Source: a virus
Lineage: Duplodnaviria > Caudoviricetes
DNA length: 64,000 nucleotides
Strand: one strand, 5' to 3'
IMG/VR virus record: IMGVR_UViG_3300014208_000039
Span: 1 to 64,000 of that record
Part shown: positions 20,290 to 31,300 of the stretch, piece after piece
Position numbering within the stretch: position 1 is the stretch's first letter
How the letters are laid out: the number at the start of each line of letters is the position of its first letter
Made by a program: the position numbers and the translations under genes
The notes under the pieces: model-generated
Database searches by the model: none
The model's input: the letters and a program-made list of their open reading frames with translations, nothing else
What the model was told of the DNA's origin: nothing

Positions 20290-21711
20290 ATGAAAGAAAT
20301 TAATTTCGGATATTTAGGAACAACGTTTCAAGAAACATTAATTAAAGCGATAATTGAAGATAAAAAATTTGGTGACACTATTGTTGGTGTAATTGATAGT
20401 AAGTATTTTGATAATAATTCCTTTAGATATATAATGGAAAATATTAAAGAAATACATATGGACTACAATCGTATTCCAGATTATCTTGATATTTCACAGA
20501 AAATTATGTCGGAGGGTAAAGAAGTAAATTCAGGCCGAATCCATATTGATACCTTAGAAAATATAAAAAATAACGAACAAAATCCAGACACCGTAAAAGA
20601 TAGAGCCTTAAATTTTTGTAAACAACAAAATTTAAAGAAAGAGCTTAAAATTGTCCAAAGTATCATTGATAACGGTGAGTTTGAAGAATACGGAAAAATC
20701 GAAGGAATTATACAAAAGGCACTTCAAGTAGGTGTAATGGACGAAGACGCAACTGACGTTTTTTATGATATTGATTCTGCCTTAGAAAAAGACTTCAGAG
20801 AACCAATACCAACTGGTATTATTGGTTTAGATAATTTATTAAAAGGTGGGTTAGGTGTTGGTGAATTAGGTGTTGTCCTAGCCCCGACAGGAACTGGTAA
20901 GACAACATTATTAACTAAATTTGCAAATACAGCTTTTAATGTTGGTAAAAATGTCTTACAAATCTTCTTTGAAGACAATAAAGATGTTATTAAAAGAAAA
21001 CATTATACTATTTGGTCAGGTATTGCTCCAGATGATCAACCAGATAATAAGGATATTGTTAAGGAAAGAATTCATGATGCCGAGTCATCAACAAAAGGGG
21101 AATTAAGGTTATTAAAATTACCAAGTAGCAGTAAAACGGTTACCGATATTAAAACAATAATTAGAAAAATGAGATCCGAAGGATTTAAAATGGATTTAAT
21201 TCTTATTGATTATGTAGATTGTATTGTACCTGAAAGGAGTAGTTATGGCGAAGAATGGAAGGGAGAGGCATCAATTATGAGAACAATTGAAGCTATGACT
21301 GATGAATTTGGTGTTGGTATATGGGTGGCAACCCAAGGTAACAGGGAATCTATAGCATCTGAAGTTGTTACCACTGATCAAATGGGTGGTTCTATTAAGA
21401 AAGCTCAAATTGGTCATGTAATTGTATCTGTTGGTAAAACATTAGAACAAAAAGAACATAATTTAGCTACATTAACATTATTGAAATCACGTATTGGTAA
21501 AGATGGGGTTGTATTCTCCAATTGTACATTTAATAATGAATTTATTATTATTGATACCGATACTCAAAGCACACTACTTGGTATCAAGGAAGATAAGGCA
21601 AATGAAAAAGTTATTCGTCAACGTGAAGCTTACGAAAGAAGACAAAGGATGAACGGAAACCCTGCAAATGTTAATCCAAATCAAGGAATCGAACCAAATT
21701 TAAATGGGTAA
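20290..21711 (+). CDS. dnaB: Replicative DnaB-like helicase (T4 gp41-like)
   Basis: Walker A LAPTGTGKTT, LILIDYVD, WVATQGNR, LLKSRIG. Confidence 0.92.
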   Translation: MKEINFGYLGTTFQETLIKAIIEDKKFGDTIVGVIDSKYFDNNSFRYIMENIKEIHMDYNRIPDYLDISQKIMSEGKEVNSGRIHIDTLENIKNNEQNPDTVKDRALNFCKQQNLKKELKIVQSIIDNGEFEEYGKIEGIIQKALQVGVMDEDATDVFYDIDSALEKDFREPIPTGIIGLDNLLKGGLGVGELGVVLAPTGTGKTTLLTKFANTAFNVGKNVLQIFFEDNKDVIKRKHYTIWSGIAPDDQPDNKDIVKERIHDAESSTKGELRLLKLPSSSKTVTDIKTIIRKMRSEGFKMDLILIDYVDCIVPERSSYGEEWKGEASIMRTIEAMTDEFGVGIWVATQGNRESIASEVVTTDQMGGSIKKAQIGHVIVSVGKTLEQKEHNLATLTLLKSRIGKDGVVFSNCTFNNEFIIIDTDTQSTLLGIKEDKANEKVIRQREAYERRQRMNGNPANVNPNQGIEPNLNG

Positions 21712-21784
21712 TAAGAAAAATCTATTAACTAGTTATATTTTTTTCGAATTTTCGTATTATTTAAGTAAATAAAAATTATATTAT

Positions 21785-24700
21785 ATGGACGTATCACAAA
21801 AAATACTTTCAGATTTAACGGTGTATATGAAATATGCAAAGTATATTCCAGAACTGAACAGGAGAGAAACATGGGACGAAATCGTAACCCGAAACATGAA
21901 AATGCATATTAAGAAGTACCCACATATTGAGAATGAAATCAGAGAGGTATATAAGATGGTGTATGATAAAAAAATCCTACCATCAATGAGATCTATGCAA
22001 TTTGGTGGAAAATCAATTGAAATTAGTCCAAATAGGATTTATAATTGTGCTTACCAACCAATCGATCATATTGACGCATTTGGGGAAACTATGTTTCTTC
22101 TTCTAGGTGGAACTGGCGTTGGATATTCTGTACAAAAACATCATGTGGAAAAATTACCAGAAATAAGAAAACCTAGTTCAGCAAGGAATAGACGTTATCT
22201 TGTTAGTGATAATATCGAAGGATGGGCGGATGCTATTAAAGTTTTAATGAAATCTTATTTTGGATATTCATCATCAACACCTATTTTTGATTTATCAGAT
22301 ATTAGACCAAAAGGTGCATTATTGGTAACTTCAGGTGGTAAAGCACCTGGACCTCAACCGTTGAAGGATTGTATTCATCATATTGTAAAACTTTTGGAAA
22401 CTAAACAAGACGGGGAAAAACTCGAACCAATTGAAGTTCACGATATTATATGTTTTATTGCTGACGCAGTTTTAGCAGGCGGCATTCGTAGAGCAGCATT
22501 AATTTCATTATTCAGCGCCGATGACAATGAAATGATTGCATGTAAAAGTGGTCAATGGTGGGAAACAAATCCACAAAGAGGTAGAGCAAACAATTCGGCT
22601 GTCCTATTAAGACACAGAATTACCAAAGAATTCTTTATGGATATTTGGAATCGTGTTGAAGCATCAGGTGCAGGTGAACCTGGAATTTATCTTACTAACG
22701 ATAAAGATTACGGAACAAACCCATGTTGTGAAATTGCTTTAAGACCAAATCAATTCTGTAACCTATGTGAAGTAAATGTTTCAGACATCGAATCACAGGA
22801 AGAATTAAATGAAAGAGTTAGAGCAGCTGCATTTGTTGGAACATTACAAGCTGGTTATACTGACTTTCATTATTTAAGGGAAGTTTGGAAAAGAACAACA
22901 GAAAAAGAAGCGTTAATAGGTGTATCTTTAACAGGTATCGGTTCAGGTAGAATTTTAAACTTCGATACCAAACAAGCTGCTAAGATTGTAAAAGAAGAAA
23001 ATGCTCGTGTAGCTGAAATGATTGGTATAAATAAATCAGCAAGAACAACAACTGTTAAGCCTAGCGGATGCAGGCCTCATGATGCGTTAACAACCACAAA
23101 TGACGGTATTTATACTTTAGATGAATTATTTAATGATCATATAGACAATAAAACTTGGTGTGATTTTAATAAGAATGTTTCAGTTATTCAAGACAATAAA
23201 ATTAATAAAATTAATAAAACATTTAATAATGGTGAAGATGAAGTGTTTGGAATTGAATTAGAGGGACAATTATTATTAGAATCGACAAAAGACCATCCTT
23301 GGTTCATTAATAAAAATTATAAAAATAAAAAATACATTAATATTAATACGTTTGTAAAAACAAAAAATATAAAAAAAGGTGACATCGTTGATATTAAACT
23401 TGGCGTATACGACAAAGAAGAAAGTTTATCTCTTAAAAAAATCAATATGTTTAGATTTAAAATGAAACATAATACATTAAGAGAAATAACCCAGCCTGAA
23501 AAAGTTGATGAGGATTTAAGTTGGTTAATTGGTTATTTATGGGGTGATGGTTCATTATCAGAAAGTAAATATAGATTAAGTTTTGTCGATGAACATATTT
23601 TTAATTTAGAAAAAGCCCAAAGAATTATTAAAGAAAAATTTAATTTATTTAATAATATAATAAAATGTAAGGACAGAAACGCATATTCACTATCAATTTC
23701 ATCTGTCGAATTATATCATTGGTTATCATCTAACGATATTAGAAAATATTCAAATAATGGATTAGATTATATACCGTTAATTATTAGGCGTTCTAGTTGG
23801 AAAGATATAATCGCTTTTATTGCGGGATTTAGTGATGCTGATGGTTGTATTTCATTAAAATCAAATAAAATACATAAATCTGTAATCATATCTCAATCTG
23901 GAAATTCAGGATTTACAAGACATTTACAGAATGTTGCTTTATCAGTTGGTATTCATTTAAACCATTCTTATAATATTAAAGGAGATTCCTTTCAAAAAGA
24001 AAAAAATATTATACTAATGTCATCCACGCATTTCAGTTTAAAAAAATCAATGGATGTTTTTGATAAAAATTCTGAAAAGTCAAAAAGAAAATATCCTGAT
24101 CTAGAATTTGGTCATAATGAAAATGGTAAACCGAATCAAATTTTAGGTAAAGTAAAAAATGTTAAATTTTTAAGAAATGATAATACTTATGATATTGAAA
24201 TTGATAATGAACACTGGTATTATGCGGGAGCAATAAAATCTCATAATACCGCATCATTAGTTTTAGGAACAGCAAGTGGTATTCACGCTTGGCATAACGA
24301 TTATTATATTCGTAGAGTAAGGGTAGGTAAAAATGAATCAATTTACACATATTTGTCAATTTATCATCCTGAACTTTTAGAAGACGATTTTTTCAGACCA
24401 CATGACACTGCTATTATTTCTGTTCCACAGAAAGCACCTGAAGGCTCAATTTTAAGAACTGAAAGTCCGTTACATTTATTGGAACGTATTAAATATATTT
24501 CACAAAATTGGATTAAACCTGGTCATTCAAGTGGAGCAAATACACACAATGTATCAGCAACAGTAAGTTTAAGGCCCGAAGAATGGGATACTGTCGGTGA
24601 ATGGATGTGGGAAAACAGAAATTTCTACAATGGATTATCCGTTTTACCCTATGATACGGGGTCTTATAAGCAACCTCCTTTTTCTGACTGTACGGAAGAA

Positions 24701-24823
24701 GAGTTTAACGAATTAAGTTTAAAGTTGCATAATATCGATTTATCAAAAGTTATTGAAATGAATGATAATACCGATTTAAGAGGTGAATTAGCGTGCAGCG
24801 GAAATAATTGTCAGATTACATAA
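21785..24823 (+). CDS. nrdJ: Class II (adenosylcobalamin-dependent, monomeric type) ribonucleotide reductase containing an intein
   Basis: LPSMRSMQFGG, NCAY, GGTGVGYSV, GGIRRAALIS, TNPCCEI, FCNLCEV, TTVKPSG/TASL, C-terminal CSGNNC; no NrdB gene nearby. Confidence 0.88.
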   Translation: MDVSQKILSDLTVYMKYAKYIPELNRRETWDEIVTRNMKMHIKKYPHIENEIREVYKMVYDKKILPSMRSMQFGGKSIEISPNRIYNCAYQPIDHIDAFGETMFLLLGGTGVGYSVQKHHVEKLPEIRKPSSARNRRYLVSDNIEGWADAIKVLMKSYFGYSSSTPIFDLSDIRPKGALLVTSGGKAPGPQPLKDCIHHIVKLLETKQDGEKLEPIEVHDIICFIADAVLAGGIRRAALISLFSADDNEMIACKSGQWWETNPQRGRANNSAVLLRHRITKEFFMDIWNRVEASGAGEPGIYLTNDKDYGTNPCCEIALRPNQFCNLCEVNVSDIESQEELNERVRAAAFVGTLQAGYTDFHYLREVWKRTTEKEALIGVSLTGIGSGRILNFDTKQAAKIVKEENARVAEMIGINKSARTTTVKPSGCRPHDALTTTNDGIYTLDELFNDHIDNKTWCDFNKNVSVIQDNKINKINKTFNNGEDEVFGIELEGQLLLESTKDHPWFINKNYKNKKYININTFVKTKNIKKGDIVDIKLGVYDKEESLSLKKINMFRFKMKHNTLREITQPEKVDEDLSWLIGYLWGDGSLSESKYRLSFVDEHIFNLEKAQRIIKEKFNLFNNIIKCKDRNAYSLSISSVELYHWLSSNDIRKYSNNGLDYIPLIIRRSSWKDIIAFIAGFSDADGCISLKSNKIHKSVIISQSGNSGFTRHLQNVALSVGIHLNHSYNIKGDSFQKEKNIILMSSTHFSLKKSMDVFDKNSEKSKRKYPDLEFGHNENGKPNQILGKVKNVKFLRNDNTYDIEIDNEHWYYAGAIKSHNTASLVLGTASGIHAWHNDYYIRRVRVGKNESIYTYLSIYHPELLEDDFFRPHDTAIISVPQKAPEGSILRTESPLHLLERIKYISQNWIKPGHSSGANTHNVSATVSLRPEEWDTVGEWMWENRNFYNGLSVLPYDTGSYKQPPFSDCTEEEFNELSLKLHNIDLSKVIEMNDNTDLRGELACSGNNCQIT
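23069..24247 (+). mobile_element. Intein (393 aa) with LAGLIDADG homing endonuclease in nrdJ
   Basis: Inserted at KPSG|C...HN|T. Starts CRPHDAL; block B ESTKDHPW; LAGLIDADG motifs WLIGYLWGDGS and FIAGFSDADGC; ends YDIEIDNEHWYYAGAIKSHN. Confidence 0.93.
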
Positions 24824-25002
24824 CAATTAAAAATGGGTATATTAAATATAAATGTGGTGGATATACAGATGTTTTTGGAACACATTTAAGAGAAAACAAC
24901 CCAAATGAAATTTATAACGGAAATGTTGATGGATTTAAGTTTGGTATGAATGAAAAATATAGAAGTTAGTTAAAAATTCGTGATTCACGAATCTGGATGC
25001 CT

Positions 25003-25053
25003 ATCCGGACAATAATCAGGACATTGAGTCTCAATTATTGTCCGGATTTTTTT
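25003..25053 (+). terminator. Long-stem terminator-like hairpin after nrdJ
   Basis: 14-bp inverted repeat ATCCGGACAATAAT / ATTATTGTCCGGAT (right arm 25034-25047) followed by a T run. Confidence 0.65.
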
Positions 25054-25083
25054 ATTTAATAGAATATTTATAGTAAACCTTTT

Positions 25084-25932
25084 ATGAAAATCAATAAATC
25101 CTTAAATGAACAAATAGATAGAATAAAATCTATGATGGTTATCATTACCGAAAAAGTTTTTGATACTGATTATTATGATTCATCAATAACAAGTCGTCCA
25201 AATCCTAAATATAATTACGATGATAGGGATGTGGAACCTGAATATTTTGATGAATATGATGATGAAGAAGAAGATATTTTTGACGTTGTAGATGATGATG
25301 AAGAAGAAGATGATTATGACGCTGAAATGAGTATGTTTCGAGATTTAAATTATGGAGCAAAAAATGACGAACCAGATTTAAGAACTGACTATGAAAAAGA
25401 ATTAGAAAATAGAGTTGGTAAAAATGTTGAAAAAAACAAATATCTTAATATGGGTAAAAATTTTAATGACATTGAAATTGAACCTGAAGATAACAATAAG
25501 TCAGAAAAAAATAATTTAAGGAAAAAATATAATTTGAAATTATTAGATTTTTTTGTTTCATCTGAAAGGGCGACAATATATAGGTATATTATTAATGGAA
25601 ATGAAAAACTAATTAAAAAAATTAAACCCGAATCTTTAGAAGTTATAAAAAAATTTGTTCCATTTTTTGATAAAGAAAAAAACACAGATAATAACCCAAT
25701 CGACTCAATAAAGAGGTTAGACATAGAAAATGAATATCAATTAGAATTATTATATTTCATATTGTTAAACCAAAAATATAGAGAACCCATGTTACATCCT
25801 AACCAAAGACACATTTTAAAATTATTTAAACTTGCAACAAATATAAGTACAGGACAAACTGGGTTTAGAAAATCAACCCACCCAACTTTTGAACAGTTTA
25901 AAATGGTACTTAAAGCTCATCGTTTAATTTAA
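25084..25932 (+). CDS. Hypothetical protein with N-terminal LNEQIDRIKSMM motif and an acidic tract
   Basis: Preceded by TATTTATA (25065); Asp/Glu-rich stretch DEYDDEEEDIFDVVDDDEEEDDYD. Confidence 0.65.
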   Translation: MKINKSLNEQIDRIKSMMVIITEKVFDTDYYDSSITSRPNPKYNYDDRDVEPEYFDEYDDEEEDIFDVVDDDEEEDDYDAEMSMFRDLNYGAKNDEPDLRTDYEKELENRVGKNVEKNKYLNMGKNFNDIEIEPEDNNKSEKNNLRKKYNLKLLDFFVSSERATIYRYIINGNEKLIKKIKPESLEVIKKFVPFFDKEKNTDNNPIDSIKRLDIENEYQLELLYFILLNQKYREPMLHPNQRHILKLFKLATNISTGQTGFRKSTHPTFEQFKMVLKAHRLI

Positions 25933-25964
25933 AAAAAAATCTGGTTTAAAGCCAGATTTTTTTT
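25932..25964. terminator. Bidirectional-type intrinsic terminator
   Basis: AAAAAAAATCTGG-TTTAAAG-CCAGATTTTTTTT. Confidence 0.7.
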
Positions 25965-25980
25965 CTATATATTTATAGTT

Positions 25981-26430
25981 ATGGCAACATACGGTATAGA
26001 TTTCCCATTTAGGGATAGTTTAAAAGGAGACTTCCTTAATATGACTCAAACACCTGAAAGAGAGGTTCGAGCCGACTTAATACATTTACTTTTAACAAGA
26101 AAAGGAACAAGATATTTTTTACCCGATTTTGGTACAAGATTATATGAATATATTTTTGAACAAAATGATTCAGTTAGTTTTAGTTTAATTGAAGAAGAAA
26201 TCAGGGAAAGTATAAGAAAATACATTCCAAACTTGGATATAAACAGTATTGAAGTAATGTCAGCGGAAGACGATCCAGATGAGTCACAAAGTTTTTCACA
26301 GGATGAAGACGAAAGATTATTTAGGGTATCAGACGCTTCAACTAAACCATACACAGCTAAAGTAAAAATCGACTATACTGTTAATAACGGAGCATTTTCG
26401 TCTTCGGATTTTATAATAATAAACATTTAA
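25981..26430 (+). CDS. Baseplate wedge subunit gp25-like (GPW/gp25 family)
   Basis: GIDFPF..EVRADLIHLLLTRKGTRYFLPDFGTRLYEYIFE..IRESIRKYIP. Confidence 0.9.
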   Translation: MATYGIDFPFRDSLKGDFLNMTQTPEREVRADLIHLLLTRKGTRYFLPDFGTRLYEYIFEQNDSVSFSLIEEEIRESIRKYIPNLDINSIEVMSAEDDPDESQSFSQDEDERLFRVSDASTKPYTAKVKIDYTVNNGAFSSSDFIIINI

Positions 26431-26431
26431 T

Positions 26432-28264
26432 ATGAGTAAGAGAATTAGTTATTCGGTTAGAGATTTTGCGGGGTTAAGACAAGAACTTGTCAATATGACA
26501 AAGGAATATTATCCCGATTTGGTTAAAAATACCAATGATGCTTCAATATTTTCAGTATTATTAGACCTAAACGCTGCGGTTTCTGATAACTTACACTTTC
26601 ATATTGATAGGGTTTGGCAAGAAACTATGTTAGACTTTGCACAACAAAGACAATCATTGTTTCACATTGCAAAAACATATGGATTACGAATTCCTGGGTT
26701 AAGACCGTCAGTTGCGTTATGTGATTTTTCAATAAATGTGCCTGTTAGGGGGGATAAAGACGATATGCGTTATGAAGGTATTCTAAAAGCGGGGGGTCAA
26801 ATATCGGGCGGAGGGCAAACTTTTGAAACAATGGAAGATATTGACTTTGCCAATCCATTTAACAGTAAAGGCGAACCAAATAGATTGAAAATACCTAATT
26901 TTGATGTTAATAACAGGTTAATTTCATACACTATAACCAAAAGGGAAGCTGTAGTCAATGGTGTAACAAGAATTTACAGAAGGTCTATCAACGAACTTGA
27001 CCAGAAACCTTTTTTAAAAATTTATCTTCCTGAACAAAATGTGTTAGGTGTCACATCTATCATTCATAAAGACGGAACATCGTTTGGATCGAACCCAACA
27101 TCATCAGAATTCACTTCAACAACGAATAAATGGTATGAAGTTAAGTCATTGATACAAGATAAAGTATTCGTTCCTGATCCAACTAAAATTTCCGATAAAG
27201 AAAATTTTAAGCCAGGTACATATCTTGATGTGAACAATAAATTTATCACGGAGTACACTCCAGAAAATTACTTTTTAATTACTTTTGGATCAGGAACCGT
27301 TAATCCAATGGAAAATGTGGATAATTATATTACTGATAAATTAAAAGTAAATTTAGCATCTTATCTAAATAATATGTCCCTAGGTGCAATACCTAAAGCC
27401 AACACAACTTTGTTCATAAAATATAGAATTGGTGGTGGAAAATCTTCTAATTTAGGTGTAAATGTTATTAATAGTGTCGACAATATCGAGTTAAATATAA
27501 TGGGGCCGGTGCAAAATGTTAATTCTCAGGTGGTAAACTCAATTAGGGTATCAAATGTGACACCCGCTATAGGCGGAGCTGATCAACCTTCAATTGATGA
27601 TATTCGGGCAATGATTGGATACAATTTTGCTGCACAAAATAGAGCGGTTACGTTGAACGATTATAAATCCCTTATTGAAAATATGCCATCACAATTCGGA
27701 GCGCCAGCTAAAGTAAATGTAATGGAAGAAGATAATAAAATTAAAGTAAAAATGTTATCTTACGACGAAAATGGTAATTTAACTACGGTTGTGTCAAACA
27801 TTCTAAAAAACAATATTGTTGATTATTTATCAGAGTATCGTATGATAAATGACTATTTGGATATTGCCAGTGGTGAAGTTATTGATTTAGGATTTGAAAT
27901 TGATATAGTTTCAAATAGAAATGAAAACGACACAGAAATTATTAAAACTACAATTGACACAGTTATTAATTTAATGTCAATTAATAAAAGAAAAATGGGT
28001 GATCCATTATTTATTGGCGATATGTATAGAGAAATTGGTAATATTCCAGGAGTTGTGAACGTAGTGGATATTCGTGTGTTTAATAAAATTGGTGGAGAAT
28101 ATTCAACAAATGAATCGGCTCAGTCATATAGTAATGAAGAAACTAGACAGATTTTAGATCAAGATAAAATCATTTATATGAAGTCTAATCAGATATTCCA
28201 AGTTAGATTTCCTAATAAAGATATAAAGGTAAGGATAAAAAATTTGACTTCGACTACATTTTAA
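26432..28264 (+). CDS. Baseplate wedge subunit (T4 gp6 / baseplate J-like)
   Basis: RDFAGLRQEL, AQQRQSLFHIAKTYG, YRIGGGKSSN, AIGGADQPS, AQNRAVTLNDY. Confidence 0.88.
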   Translation: MSKRISYSVRDFAGLRQELVNMTKEYYPDLVKNTNDASIFSVLLDLNAAVSDNLHFHIDRVWQETMLDFAQQRQSLFHIAKTYGLRIPGLRPSVALCDFSINVPVRGDKDDMRYEGILKAGGQISGGGQTFETMEDIDFANPFNSKGEPNRLKIPNFDVNNRLISYTITKREAVVNGVTRIYRRSINELDQKPFLKIYLPEQNVLGVTSIIHKDGTSFGSNPTSSEFTSTTNKWYEVKSLIQDKVFVPDPTKISDKENFKPGTYLDVNNKFITEYTPENYFLITFGSGTVNPMENVDNYITDKLKVNLASYLNNMSLGAIPKANTTLFIKYRIGGGKSSNLGVNVINSVDNIELNIMGPVQNVNSQVVNSIRVSNVTPAIGGADQPSIDDIRAMIGYNFAAQNRAVTLNDYKSLIENMPSQFGAPAKVNVMEEDNKIKVKMLSYDENGNLTTVVSNILKNNIVDYLSEYRMINDYLDIASGEVIDLGFEIDIVSNRNENDTEIIKTTIDTVINLMSINKRKMGDPLFIGDMYREIGNIPGVVNVVDIRVFNKIGGEYSTNESAQSYSNEETRQILDQDKIIYMKSNQIFQVRFPNKDIKVRIKNLTSTTF

Positions 28265-28319
28265 ATAATTTTTTGCATATTTTTAAATGAAAATAGGTTA
28301 GATTCTATTTATATATAAT

Positions 28320-31300
28320 ATGCAAAAACACAGAATTTCGACCGATATAGGTAGGGATCAATTCGTAAAAGTTGAATTAAATCAAGATTTTGAATTGTTA
28401 GAAATACTATCGCTGAAGTTCACACAAAAAGAAGCTTACGCTTCATATTGTAGTGACTATGGGGTAGTTTGCGGAAGAATCAGTATAAATAACGGTTTAG
28501 GTGTTCCAAACGCTAAAGTGTCAATTTTTATTCCGTTGGATGATGTAGATTCAATTGATCCTCTAATTTCGACATTATACCCCTATACTTCCGTTACTGA
28601 CCGTGACGAAAATGGATATCGATATAATTTATTACCAAATAGAAAACAACATGGGGGACATGAGCCAACAGGGACGTTTCCTGACCAATCTGATATTCTA
28701 ACAAGGGAAGAAGTGTTAGAAATTTATGAGAAATATTATAAATTTACTGCAAAAACCAACAATTCTGGTGACTTTATGATTTGGGGTGTACCATTGGGTA
28801 CACAAACCATACATGTTGACGTTGATTTATCAGATATGGGTTGTTTTTCATTAAGACCCTATGATTTTTTAAGATTAGGTTATGGTGAAGATCAATTTAA
28901 AAGCTCATTTTCATTTAAAGCGTCGGAAGATATCGATTCATTACCACAAATTGTTAGGTTTGACAAAACAATTGAAGTTTATCCATTATGGGGTAATGAA
29001 AGTATTTGTGAAATAGGTTTAACTAGAACCGATTTTGATTTATCTAGCATTGGTGTTAAATTAGAGCCAAAGGCTTACCTTATCGGCGGGGTTTATACTG
29101 ACACAAATAAAAATTCAATCAATAAGAACTGTCAGGTAAGACGTAAAATGGGTCGTAAATGTGATTTAACGACCAAATCAGGAAAGATTGAAGCAATTAG
29201 GTTCACTCATAGGAAAGACGAAAATAAACGTCCCATACTTGAAAATTATACAATAAATGAAGATATACCAGAGGACGGAGGATTTGTTTTTCCTATTCCA
29301 ATGAACACAGAGTTTCTTTATACAAATGAATTTGGGGAAAATGAAATAACAAACGACCCGAACAAGGGTGTTCCAACCGCATCATGTTATCGATTCAGAT
29401 TTACGTTAGACGATAGTGGAAATGATAGGAGTAGAAAAACGGCATCTTATCTTGTACCTAATATAAGGGAACATCAAACATCTGAAGATGAGGTTGAAAA
29501 ATCATATACCTTTTCAACTAATTGGACAGATTACCCAACCGCATCCATCGATCTAAATAATGTTAATATTGATAAATTAGGTATATTATATAATGTTGAT
29601 GGACAATATATTCCCCAAGATTATTTTTATAGATTAACATATAATAAAGTTTATACTGTATCTTCATTTCATAGTATGTATTATCATAAATCTGATTTTA
29701 CAAATGATAGGTATGTTGGTATGAAAGAACTCGTACCGACTGAAGAAGAAGATTGTTCCGACAATGTAACACCCCCAGTTAATTATGGGACAAAAAATAA
29801 AACTTTTCAATTATTAATTGTTGAAGTTGTTTTGTTTATGGAACAGTTATTTAATATGGTTACATTACTGTTCTTTAATACTTTAGCAAAAATATTTCAT
29901 GCTTTTGCCAACGCGGTTAATTTTTGGCCAATTAGAAGATTATCGAGACTCATTAGAAAGTTTGCTTATAGATTTCAAAATTCAACTCAAAAACAATTAT
30001 TTTTAATTAACTATCCTGAATGTGATGAATGTAATGGGGATAATGAATATGGTATAGGTGTAAGTGATCCCGATTTAGGGTTTTGTGAGGTTGGAACTAT
30101 CATTATAACTGGATCAACTGACGAAACTGCAAGACAATTACGTATTGATGGTTTTAATAGTTCACCTATAACTTCAGATTGTACAGGCGCAACGCCAATT
30201 TTAAATATGGCGGATTTTGTTGCAAGACAAACATCATATATATTAACCGTAGAATCAATTGGTGTATCATTAACTGGAAGTCCAATAACATATAACACCG
30301 ACATTTCAGGATACGTTTTTAATGATATTGAACAAATCTTTCCTGACTCAGCCGAATATTTAGTAAAAATTAGGGATAAAAATGTCATATCAAATTCAAT
30401 TCCAACGGGTACAACACTTGAAGACGGATGTGGCTTATATGATGTTCCATATGACGAAAAATTGGTCAATGTATATTATACATGTAACACAGGTAATCGA
30501 TGTCCAACCAGCGTGTATACACCTGGTATGGATGTGGTAGCTTCTAATTTATCTGATACGTCAGATTATCGATTACCTTCAAGCTATGATGGGGATGTTT
30601 ATCAGCCGCTTACACCGTCAGGATATGTTGAGTTTTCAAATGGTATTTTTAATATAATTCCTGGTCCGTTAAGTAACGGAAGATTAATAAGAATTTTGGT
30701 TGAATACAGACGTAGAAAACGTGTAGGAAAATTATTTTGTGGAGGGATTGTGAATTATTCGTTCATTGATAATTGGTTATCAGGGTCATTATATTTTATT
30801 TTATTTAAAGGTAAAAAGGGTAAATATTGTTCCGATATAATTCGATATTCATCATCACAAGAAAAATATTATTACAGGTCATCAATTTATTCAGATAATA
30901 CATTTGGAACTGTGGATTGGGCGGGTGAAGTTGGAAATCCTACGAGATATTTAGGTAGACCAACTACAATAGTTGATTTAGGCCCAAGAGATGAATTTAT
31001 TAAGGAAATATGTACAGACCCAAGTTTAGACCCTAATTCTTCAGTTGCTAGGTCTATTGGATCGACATCGTTTCAATCTTTCGGAGAATTATTAGGTTTA
31101 GCTATAAATTATAGAATGGATGTAAGTAAAAGTGATTATGATATAAATCAATTTTTCGGAAATAATGGATTTAATTTACCAAATCAAAAAATTTTAGCCG
31201 GTGATATATTACAATTAATATCTATTAATAATGAAGTAGGAATTGAAGAATTTGATCTACAGAATGTAAAATATATTGGATATTCTTACCAATATCTTGA

